64,000 bases of DNA from Candidatus Latescibacterota bacterium (GTDB taxonomy: Bacteria > Latescibacterota > UBA2968 > SICM01): contig CBDCJO010000002.1 in the NCBI GenBank assembly GCA_965217865.1, forward strand, positions 5,440,001-5,504,000, read 5' to 3'. The position numbers and the translations under genes are program-made. This document shows positions 10,814 to 18,623 of this stretch, one piece after another. The notes below the pieces were generated by a model. It had not been told where the DNA came from and ran no database searches. It worked only from the letters and a program-made list of their open reading frames with translations. Each line of letters begins with the position of its first letter. The stretch's first letter is position 1.

Positions 10814-10843
10814 TTGACACGGGGTCGGCGCAACGCCTATTTT
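10814..10843 (+). promoter_or_regulatory. Possible sigma70 promoter for the GT4 / sugar-transferase genes
   Basis: TTGACA-N18-TATTTT in the divergent intergenic region. Confidence 0.35.
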
Positions 10844-10897
10844 TTAGGTTTACCGAATTTTTAATCGTTAAATCCATCAGAATGAGTCCAATATCCT

Positions 10898-12046
10898 ATG
10901 AAGGTCGCCCTTGTTCATGACTGGCTGACCGGGATGCGCGGTGGAGAAAAATGCCTGGAAAGCCTTTGTCGTCTCTACCCTGGGGCGCATATACATACTC
11001 TTTTTCAGGTGCCTGGAGCGGTCTCGGAGATTATCGACCGGCACCCGGTTGTTTGTTCGTATCTTCAAACCCTCCCCCACTTGAGGCGGTACTACCGGGC
11101 TTTGCTCCCCCTATTCCCTTCGGCGATTGAGCGGTTCGACCTGTCTCCCTTCGACCTTGTCATCTCAAGCAGCCATTGCGTAGCAAAAGGCGTCCGGACC
11201 CGTTCTGACGCACTCCACATCTGTTACTGCCATACCCCCATGCGGTATGTCTACGACTTGAGGGAAGCCTACTTCAGTGGAAAATTTTCTAGGAGAGCGA
11301 TCGGTCCCCTTCTTGCCCGCTTGAAGCGCTGGGACAAAGGCACCGCACACCGGGTTGACCGGTTCATCGCAAATTCACAACACATCCGGGACCGGATCAA
11401 ACGATCCTACGGCCGCGAGGCCGATGTGGTTTACCCACCTGTAGAGACGGACCGTTTCGGCATATCGGGTCACCCCGGAGAATACTATCTGATCGTTTCC
11501 GCCTTGGTTCCGTACAAACGTGTTGATCTCGTGGTCGATGCCTTCAATCGCTTGGGACTCCCCCTCCTGATCGTAGGTGACGGCCCTGAAAGAAAGCGCC
11601 TAAAAGCCCGCTCCCGACCGAATATCAACTTCTTGAATTGGCAGCAGGATGATAAACTCCCTGACATATATTCAAAAGCTCTGGCGTTTGTCCTCCCGGG
11701 CGTGGAGGACTTTGGAATTACCTCATTGGAGTCCCAGGCAGCGGGACGTCCGGTGATTGCATTACGCGAGGGTGGGGCGGTGGAATCCGTCATCGATAGG
11801 GAAACCGGTCGTTTTTTTTGGCCCCAGACCGTCGACGCGCTTATCGAAGCAATAAACCAATTTGAACCGTCCGACTTCAATCCCGAACGGCTCAGGGAAA
11901 ATGCCCTCCACTTCGACCGGAGGGTGTTTGAGCGCAGGATAAAGAAGGTCATCGAATCTGCATGGAAGGAACACCGATCAAAGATAAACGTTAAACCCTT
12001 CGATACCGCGGCTCCGCCGCTTACTCAGGACATGCGTGAATCGTGA
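10898..12046 (+). CDS. Glycosyltransferase family 4
   Basis: MKVALVHDWLT..RGGEK, YCHTPMRY, YKRVD, EDFGI..LES.A.G.PV. Confidence 0.92.
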   Translation: MKVALVHDWLTGMRGGEKCLESLCRLYPGAHIHTLFQVPGAVSEIIDRHPVVCSYLQTLPHLRRYYRALLPLFPSAIERFDLSPFDLVISSSHCVAKGVRTRSDALHICYCHTPMRYVYDLREAYFSGKFSRRAIGPLLARLKRWDKGTAHRVDRFIANSQHIRDRIKRSYGREADVVYPPVETDRFGISGHPGEYYLIVSALVPYKRVDLVVDAFNRLGLPLLIVGDGPERKRLKARSRPNINFLNWQQDDKLPDIYSKALAFVLPGVEDFGITSLESQAAGRPVIALREGGAVESVIDRETGRFFWPQTVDALIEAINQFEPSDFNPERLRENALHFDRRVFERRIKKVIESAWKEHRSKINVKPFDTAAPPLTQDMRES

Positions 12047-12663
12047 ATCAGATTTCCAAAAACCGTTTTCAAATGGGACTCAAAAGGGGACTTGATGTCA
12101 TGGTTTCGGTCCCTCTCCTCTTTCTCGGTCTACCCTTCCTGCCGATCGTCGCCATCCTCATCTGGCTTGACTCCAGAGGACCGGTCTTTTACACCCAGGT
12201 ACGCGTCGGAAAAGGGAATCGACCGTTCCTGCTGATAAAATTTCGAACGATGGGACACGAAGCGGAACAGGCCTCAGGTCCTACCTGGTCCAAAAGGGCG
12301 GACCCTCGTGCGACTCGCCTTGGAGGTTGGCTTCGGCGCATGGGCATCGATGAACTTCCTCAGCTATGGAATGTCCTGATTGGGGATATGAGCCTTGTAG
12401 GCCCTCGACCAGAACGGCCATTTTTCGCTGACCAATTCGAGCGTGATATCCCCGATTACGCCAAGCGCCATTCGATGAAACCCGGTATCACCGGATGGGC
12501 ACAGGTTCACGGATTCCGAGGGGACACCCCCGTGATAGAACGCACCCGGTATGACCTGGAATATATCCGCATATGGTCTCTCTTTATGGACTTAAATATT
12601 TTGATCCGAACCCCCTTCACCGTGGAGTTGCGGGATCGGGAAAAACGTAAGCGTGGAGAGTGA
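12043..12663 (+). CDS. Priming phosphoglycosyltransferase (bacterial sugar transferase; WcaJ/PglC-type core)
   Basis: KRGLD, KFRTM, DELPQLWNVL.GDMSLVGPRPE, KPGITGWAQV, DLEY; GTGA overlap with upstream GT4. Confidence 0.92.
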   Translation: MNQISKNRFQMGLKRGLDVMVSVPLLFLGLPFLPIVAILIWLDSRGPVFYTQVRVGKGNRPFLLIKFRTMGHEAEQASGPTWSKRADPRATRLGGWLRRMGIDELPQLWNVLIGDMSLVGPRPERPFFADQFERDIPDYAKRHSMKPGITGWAQVHGFRGDTPVIERTRYDLEYIRIWSLFMDLNILIRTPFTVELRDREKRKRGE

Positions 12664-12673
12664 AGCGTATCTT

Positions 12674-13543
12674 TTAGATTTCACGTCTCACCTTCTTTAA
12701 AGCTTCCTCAAATCGCCTTGAAATCTCCCCCTTATGATCCACCACATTGAGCTGGATGCGGTTGTGGTTCAGAGCGACATCAGATCCTGAATGTGCCGTT
12801 TTCCACCGAAGATACCTTCCGTAGATGCTTCGAACCATCCCCTCTACTCCGTCCCACCATCGATTGATAATCCGTTCCAGAATCCGGCTTCGACTCCCCC
12901 TTTTCACAATAAATGGTCCTCCATCCGTGAACGGCTTAAAGTTTGGAAAGTAGCCACGTACCCACCCATTTGCCCGTACAAACCGGTCATACACCGGGAA
13001 ACCATAGACCGGTTTCAGCGTAAGGATTTGATGAGCGGTGAAAAAGCTGCGCCCTGGTATCAGCAAGGCATCTTCGTCCACAAGATAGTTGGTGCAAATT
13101 GTGCGTCTTAGGCCCAAAGCTTTGGCCACAAGGACAGAAGCCAGGGTCACGGTCCAAACCCGCTTGGGTGAAGTAATCATAAAGAGATCGAGGTCATCTC
13201 CATACGACAGCGCACTCCCCCCCGAAAGGGCGACCATCCGAACGAAGGGCAACCCGCAAAGTAGGTTTATCGGACGCCTCATCCTGGAGAGGAATACCCC
13301 GTTTTCCCGCTCCCTACCCAAACGCAAGCCAAGGGATTTCTCCTTACCCTTTAACATAAAGAAATCCCTGCCATTATGTTTTATTTGGGTAATGAAATTG
13401 CATTGAGAGAGCACGCGGTCAAGTTGGCCTTCGGAGAGGGCATAATCGAAAAGGCCCCGGTGCATTTCCTCGATCGTGAGGGGATAATCGAAAAGACTTG
13501 CATATACAGCTGTTTTAATGACTCCAAGTTCCCCAGGGTCCAT
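12674..13543 (-). CDS. Hypothetical protein with nucleotidyltransferase-like motif
   Basis: Y..LFDYPLT.EE N-terminus; PFVRMVALSGG...DDLDLF resembles the G-S...DxD NTase signature; ICTNY. Start set at ATG 13543. Confidence 0.65.
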   Translation of the reverse strand: MDPGELGVIKTAVYASLFDYPLTIEEMHRGLFDYALSEGQLDRVLSQCNFITQIKHNGRDFFMLKGKEKSLGLRLGRERENGVFLSRMRRPINLLCGLPFVRMVALSGGSALSYGDDLDLFMITSPKRVWTVTLASVLVAKALGLRRTICTNYLVDEDALLIPGRSFFTAHQILTLKPVYGFPVYDRFVRANGWVRGYFPNFKPFTDGGPFIVKRGSRSRILERIINRWWDGVEGMVRSIYGRYLRWKTAHSGSDVALNHNRIQLNVVDHKGEISRRFEEALKKVRREI

Positions 13544-14793
13544 AATCCTTCCCAACCGCTCCCTGATTTGGAGAATGGGCGAATCGGAGAATCGGGGAAG
13601 TGAATACAACCTGTCTTTGGGTTTCCCCATCTCTCCGTTTCGCCGTTTCGCCGCCCCCCCACTCCTGACCGATGAACAGCTTGATAAACCTTCAAAGTAC
13701 GTCGTGCAGCTTCTTCCCATGAAAAAAGAGATGCGCGCTCTATTCCATTGTTAGATAGCATGTTACAAAGATTTTCATCCTCTATGATCCGGCGCATGGA
13801 ATTTGATATGTCCTCAACATTCTCGGGGTCCACCAGCAATGCCGCATCCCCGGCGACTTCCTTCAGAGATGAATTATTTGATGTGATCACCGGTGTTGCA
13901 CACGCCATCGCTTCAAGCACAGGAAGGCCGAAGCCCTCATAAAGGGACGTATAGACAAGGGCCTCTGCACAGCTGTAAAGGGACGGCAGGTCGTTTGAGG
14001 GTGCGTATCCTGTCCAGATAACTTGCTCACCAGCCGCCTCCTTCACTTCACGAAGAATCCGGTCGGACTGGAATCCCTTTCCGCCAACGATCAAAAGCTT
14101 CAGATTCCGCCCGGTTTCCCTACGAACCTGATGGAAGGCTTGCGCCAGGCGTACCAGGTTTTTTCGGGGTTCTACCGTGCCAACAGTGATGAAGTAAGGT
14201 CCGCGAAGGCCGTAACGGGCTTTTACCTGTTCAAGCCTGTTTTTGTTCGTCACGGGTTTGAATTCCGGGGTCACACCTTCTTGGATGAGGTGGATTTTCT
14301 CCTTCGGTATTCTCAGTGTCCGGAGGACGTCTTTTCTCGTTGACTCCGAGACGACGATGATTGCATCCGCTTTCCTGGCAACAAGAGGTATGAGTGATCT
14401 AAGCAGTAAGCGCTTCTTCCATGGAGAGTATCGGGTTAAAAGAGAGACGGTCATGTCGTGGAAGGTGACGACTGTGGGGCAACTGGACCAGAGGGGCGAA
14501 ATGTAATTGGTGTAATGGCAGACATCGACCTGTTTCCTGTTGAGGAGGAGGGGGAGAATGGTCTGCATCCAGATTCCGCGCACAGGAAACCGGTATCCCT
14601 CGTGGACCAGGTCGGCCGGGATCATGTCGCTCCGAACCTCCGAGTTGGAGAGAACGACATACTCGTTCTTCCCATCCACTGCGAGAAGGCTAGCGAACAG
14701 GTGTTCCGTATAGAATCCCACACCGGATCGCTCCGGCTGCAGGGTGGTTCCGTCTAACCCGATCCGTAAACGGGAATTGTTATTTTTTTTCAT
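13381..14793 (-). CDS. Glycosyltransferase family 4 with run-on C-terminal tail
   Basis: SGVGFY, TFHD, VSESTR.D, GTVEPRKN, YEGFGLPVLEAMAC.TPV, FSWEEAA..TL.VY. About 95 extra residues cross a repeat and overlap the next gene. Confidence 0.9.
   Translation of the reverse strand: MKKNNNSRLRIGLDGTTLQPERSGVGFYTEHLFASLLAVDGKNEYVVLSNSEVRSDMIPADLVHEGYRFPVRGIWMQTILPLLLNRKQVDVCHYTNYISPLWSSCPTVVTFHDMTVSLLTRYSPWKKRLLLRSLIPLVARKADAIIVVSESTRKDVLRTLRIPKEKIHLIQEGVTPEFKPVTNKNRLEQVKARYGLRGPYFITVGTVEPRKNLVRLAQAFHQVRRETGRNLKLLIVGGKGFQSDRILREVKEAAGEQVIWTGYAPSNDLPSLYSCAEALVYTSLYEGFGLPVLEAMACATPVITSNNSSLKEVAGDAALLVDPENVEDISNSMRRIIEDENLCNMLSNNGIERASLFSWEEAARRTLKVYQAVHRSGVGGRRNGETERWGNPKTGCIHFPDSPIRPFSKSGSGWEGLWTLGNLESLKQLYMQVFSIIPSRSRKCTGAFSIMPSPKANLTACSLNAISLPK
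13571..13653. repeat. Imperfect palindrome built from 8-nt units
   Basis: GAGAATGGGCGAATCGGAGAATCGGGGAA ... TTCCCCATCTCTCCGTTTCGCCGTTTCGCCG. Confidence 0.6.
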
Positions 14794-14813
14794 TTGGATG
14801 TATCTTTAGGGTG

Positions 14814-15137
14814 TCAGTGCATCCCCCCGCTTATATGTAACCCCGCGACACCGATTATGATAAGCCCGACTGAAATGATCTTCAAAGCAGTGGCCGGCTC
14901 CTGAAACCATAGGATCCCGACCGTTGCGATCAGAGCCGTACCGATTCCCGCCCAGATCGCATAAGCCACCCCGACATCAATTTGTTTCAGGGCAAAGGTG
15001 AGACTTGCCAAACTCAATCCGTAGAGGATAAACATTAAGCCGCCGGGTATCCACTTTGTAAATCCCTCGGACAGCTTCATACAAACAGTTCCGGATACCT
15101 CCAGTATAATTGCTCCCAACAGATAAATCCAGCTCAT
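14814..15137 (-). CDS. SMR family small multidrug efflux transporter (EmrE/QacE-like)
   Basis: W.YL..AI.LEV.GT..MK.SEGF with the conserved TM1 Glu, GVAYAIWAGIG, 107 aa, four hydrophobic segments. Confidence 0.92.
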   Translation of the reverse strand: MSWIYLLGAIILEVSGTVCMKLSEGFTKWIPGGLMFILYGLSLASLTFALKQIDVGVAYAIWAGIGTALIATVGILWFQEPATALKIISVGLIIIGVAGLHISGGMH

Positions 15138-15315
15138 CACGCGGCCTTTATCTGGTTTGTGTGTTTCTGATCTCAATCATCGCTAAAAAATAAAGGCGAT
15201 TTTCCCCTTCCCTTTAGGGAAGCAACGTCCTGAGCGTAGTCGAAGGAGGGGCGCAGGCGGTTAGGTCTGACACTTGACCTAATTTTATATGTCCGTCACC
15301 GGTTTTCCTAATCAC

Positions 15316-15460
15316 GACCTCCGACCCCTAACGCTCGGGATGCCTTTGCTTTCCCTGCCACTGCCACCTGCCACTGCTACTGTTTTTCCCTGCCACCGCC
15401 ACTGGTTCAGTTGAATCTTCAATATTCAATTTCCTTTGTCCCCCGACCTCCGACCCCTGA
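15316..15460. repeat. Composite short-tandem-repeat element
   Basis: Blocks GACCTCCGACCCCT, TGCCTTTGCTTTCCC, (CTGCCA)n and CTTCAATATTCAAT; the same blocks recur near 22.7 kb and 33.8 kb. Confidence 0.75.
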
Positions 15461-15465
15461 TCTCC

Positions 15466-16485
15466 TTATTCGATCCTTCCGCTCACCAGGTCTTCCAACT
15501 TGATCAACTCACCCCCGCGTTCCGCTGACGCATTGGCCCCCAAGACTGCAGCCAGGCTGTTGATGCCGTCCGAATATGGGCTCAAGGTCATTCCCGGATC
15601 TTCGGCCTGGACGGCATCGATAAAGGCCTCGGCCTGGAGTACAAAGGGCTTTTGCCTTTCATGGCTTTCCCAGACCGTCTTTCCGTTCTCCAGGACTCTC
15701 TCGGCGGACCAATCGATCAACGAGTCGTCACTCACGACGACAACCCCGGTTCGGTTGTAATCGACGTTGGTCAATGTCCGCGAGGTAGTGGCATTGGCCG
15801 TGGCCCCACTTGCGAAGCGAAAATTGACGTTGTAAACGTGCGGGATGTTCATGGGTTCCGGTCCCTCATCGGGCGCCCGCTCGACATAGAAAGCCGATAC
15901 TGAGACGATATCACCCATGAAATAGCGAAGAAGGTCTACCATATGGATTGTGTTCTCCACGAATGAGCCTCCGCAAAGCTCAAAACGGCTCGTCCAGTAC
16001 CGACGGGATTTACCCGCATACAATCGCTGGACAAGGGCGTGTCGCACCTTTCTCCCCTTCAGGATTCGGTGAACTTCCCCGGCGGATGGATAGTAACGGC
16101 TCAAGAATCCGACTTGGGATACGATTCCGGACTTTTGTATGGCCGCATCGATCCGAACGGCCTGTGACATATCCAGGGACTGAGGCTTTTCGACGAAAAC
16201 CGAGATAACCCTATCCGCGGCAATCAGGATTTCATCCGTGTGGAGCGTCGGCGGGATGCACACGAAGACAGCATCGAGATCCTCTTTGTCGAACATTTCG
16301 TGGTGATCATTGTAAATCGATCCGGGATTGTAAGTTCCCCCCTGTGCCTTAACGACGGCGTCATCGATATCGCAAAAGGCCTTAAAAATAACCTGACCCT
16401 TATCCACCAGCGGTGCGAGTGCAGGAAGGTGTTGCGTCTGGACGATATGGCCGAGACCGATGAGTCCCAGGTGAACGGGCTTCAT
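15466..16485 (-). CDS. Gfo/Idh/MocA family oxidoreductase
   Basis: LGLIGLG, IPPTLH, VFVEKP, CGG..VE.TIH.VD. Confidence 0.9.
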   Translation of the reverse strand: MKPVHLGLIGLGHIVQTQHLPALAPLVDKGQVIFKAFCDIDDAVVKAQGGTYNPGSIYNDHHEMFDKEDLDAVFVCIPPTLHTDEILIAADRVISVFVEKPQSLDMSQAVRIDAAIQKSGIVSQVGFLSRYYPSAGEVHRILKGRKVRHALVQRLYAGKSRRYWTSRFELCGGSFVENTIHMVDLLRYFMGDIVSVSAFYVERAPDEGPEPMNIPHVYNVNFRFASGATANATTSRTLTNVDYNRTGVVVVSDDSLIDWSAERVLENGKTVWESHERQKPFVLQAEAFIDAVQAEDPGMTLSPYSDGINSLAAVLGANASAERGGELIKLEDLVSGRIE

Positions 16486-16585
16486 TTCAAGAATTCCTTA
16501 CGCTTGAGTTGCTCCAAAGGACTTTTCAAGTGTCATAAGATAAACCGATTTCATCTCTTAAAAAACAAAATATAGCAACGAGTTT

Positions 16586-16622
16586 TCCCCGACCTCTGAC
16601 CTCCGACCCCTGACCCCCGGCC
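16586..16622. repeat. Heptamer tandem repeat (GACCTCT/GACCCCT type)
   Basis: CCCCGACCTCTGACCTCCGACCCCTGACCCCCGG directly after the aldo-keto reductase stop. Confidence 0.7.
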
Positions 16623-17513
16623 CTACACGGCTTCGATCTGATCGATAAGTCCCTGTGAAAAATACTCTCCATCTGACACGGATGCGGATACCTCGAGCTC
16701 TTCGATTGTGGCGACCCCGGATAGGAGTATGGATATCCTGGAATCGGAAAGCAGGTAACGCAACGCTGCGCGGGGAATGTCCTCGGGACCCAGAAGTGCT
16801 TCCACACGCCGCAGCTTATCGCGTAGGTCCGGATATTTTCCCCGTCCGATCCAATTGTCTCGACTCGATCCCAAAAGCCCGCCGTGGAGAGGAGAAGCGG
16901 CGATGACGGCCACGTCTTTGTCGGCCGCTCCCGGCACCAGTTCCGCCTTAGCGTCCTGCACCAGGAGATCATACTTGCAGTAGGTGAGCACTGAGACGAA
17001 CGCATCGGAATCGAGGGTTATATCCCGCATCAGTCCAAGGTCCGATCCGGTCAACCCGATATATCGGGTCATCCCTTGATTCTGAATTTCCAGAAGAGCT
17101 TCAAGGGTTTTCCCCGCCCCAAAGATTCCGTCCCACCCGGCCTGCTCGGATTCGTGAATCTGCAAAAGGTCCACCCTGTCCCGCTGCAGCCGTTTCAGGC
17201 TGGCTTCGAAACCCCGCCAGACTGCTTCACGGGAATAGTCGAATGGCTCAGGATAGTAACCCACCTTGGTGGCGAGAAAATAGGGTTCTTTCACACCCTT
17301 CAAGGCCATTCCGAGGACTTCTTCGCTGCGACCCTTTCCGTAAAGCGGGGCGGTGTCGAAATAGTTGATCCCCAATTCCAGGGCACGCTCGACCAGTCTA
17401 ATCCCGTGAGATGCCGATTTCAGGCCTTCCTCCGGGCGACCATAGAACCATCCCCCCCCCAAGCCGATCTCACTGACCTTCCATCCTGTACTGCCGAAAC
17501 GACGATAGCGCAT
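16623..17513 (-). CDS. Aldo/keto reductase
   Basis: MRYRRFG.TG.KVSEIGLG, GINYFDTAPLYG.G.SEE, ATKVG, SLKRL..D.VDLLQIH. Confidence 0.92.
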   Translation of the reverse strand: MRYRRFGSTGWKVSEIGLGGGWFYGRPEEGLKSASHGIRLVERALELGINYFDTAPLYGKGRSEEVLGMALKGVKEPYFLATKVGYYPEPFDYSREAVWRGFEASLKRLQRDRVDLLQIHESEQAGWDGIFGAGKTLEALLEIQNQGMTRYIGLTGSDLGLMRDITLDSDAFVSVLTYCKYDLLVQDAKAELVPGAADKDVAVIAASPLHGGLLGSSRDNWIGRGKYPDLRDKLRRVEALLGPEDIPRAALRYLLSDSRISILLSGVATIEELEVSASVSDGEYFSQGLIDQIEAV

Positions 17514-17802
17514 ACAATCACCCTTTTCCCATCTACACCGTCAAATATTATAGAATATTGATCCCCAGGATAATGATCTCCCAGCTGCAATCTTGACAGT
17601 ATAATTTGTAGAGTCAGTTTACAGTTAATTTACAATTTCAGTTGGTTAAATCAAGAATCCATTCGGGATTAAACTGCGTAGAATGGCAATCTAAGCAGTG
17701 CTGGGATAAGCTACAACCTCCTTTAGAGGCTATCTTGCGGGCTTCGCACGCCTCTTCCTCCCCGGTTCAAAACATGGTTGTAAAATCATTTCGGGGATTC
17801 CA

Positions 17803-17874
17803 GGAGATTTTGACGGAGATCGTGAAGTCGATTTTGATGACTTCTTCATATTTGCAGCAAATTTCGGACGGTAA
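17803..17874 (+). pseudogene. Orphan C-terminal dockerin/EF-hand-like Ca-binding module
   Basis: Manual translation GDFDGDREVDFDDFFIFAANFGR*. The frame is open only from 17710 and has no start codon. Confidence 0.6.
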
Positions 17875-18058
17875 ACAGAAGGTTCCGATCTGGTGGGACC
17901 GAAAGCGCGAATGAGATTCAACTGGCAGCTCGAAATCTCGGCCTTTCGTTTCGGAAGAGAGATGATTCTCTGAGCCTTTGTTAAGGTAAATGAATTACGT
18001 TTCACAACCTGAATAGCGTATAACAGCTTTGTGCTGTTTGGTTGCCCCATCAATCCCC

Positions 18059-18087
18059 TTGACATCCTCAATACCCCCCAGTAAATT
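18059..18087 (+). promoter_or_regulatory. Sigma70-type promoter
   Basis: TTGACA-N17-TAAATT. Confidence 0.55.
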
Positions 18088-18176
18088 GCATTCGTAGTCC
18101 ATCCAAGGTCTAAGCTTTCAAAATCGGGAGGGAACCGATGGACAACATGACAAATAGCGATTCGACCCTGGTGATG

Positions 18177-18207
18177 AGCCTCATCTGGAAAGGTGGGGCT
18201 TTTTGTT
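18177..18207 (+). terminator. Intrinsic terminator or attenuator hairpin
   Basis: AGCCTCATCT-GGAA-AGGTGGGGCT (10 bp with G-U pairs, GNRA loop) followed by TTTTGTT. Confidence 0.65.
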
Positions 18208-18241
18208 AGGCAGGTGGGTTTCGAGGTGGAGTCTATCAATG

Positions 18242-18343
18242 ATGCATGTTAAACGATTTCAAAGCTTGTGGATGGGGCTTCTATTGGTGTTGGACATCAG
18301 CACCTCCGCGATGGGTCAGATTAACCCCCCCTTGAGTGCATGA
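18242..18343 (+). pseudogene. Signal-peptide-like N-terminal remnant of an exported protein
   Basis: RBS GAGGTGGAG, then MHVKRFQSLWMGLLLVLDISTSAMGQINPPLSA*; ends where it meets a convergent truncated ORF. Confidence 0.35.
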
Positions 18344-18513
18344 AACCTTCCCAGGAAGACTTTTCGAATAGCCCAAGCGAAAATCAGAAGGAAAGCAACC
18401 AGTTCCAGATTTGTCAACACCATAAATGGCGGAATTGAGAGGATCGGTGTCCGAACCTCAAACGGAAGGATGAAACTCAGCAATATCAAAAGGGCCTGCA
18501 GGATTCCTTCCAT
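18316..18513 (-). pseudogene. Truncated membrane protein, probably the N-terminus of a Wzy/WaaL (O-antigen polymerase/ligase)-like protein
   Basis: Two TM segments (LL.LL.F.LPFE ... LTNLEL...L...W) downstream of the flippase; only 65 aa. Confidence 0.45.
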
Positions 18514-18623
18514 CTGTTTTTCCATTAGCAAAAAGGCTTAGGGGAACGATGGACCGTGACCCTAAACGGCGATGGACAATGAGATCAACACCAACTTTAA
18601 TTCCTATTATTTGTGAGCAGGTG

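Noticed and set aside
15140-15320. Guanidine riboswitch upstream of the SMR gene
   Set aside because: No paired ACGR-loop hairpins or ykkC-type core seen, and the protein looks Qac/EmrE-like rather than Gdx-like.
17593-17605. TTGACA and TATAAT as a sigma70 promoter
   Set aside because: The two boxes are only 1 nt apart.
17730-18239. 169-aa minus-strand ORF
   Set aside because: No recognisable motifs; it overlaps a plus-strand promoter, terminator and dockerin-like remnant.
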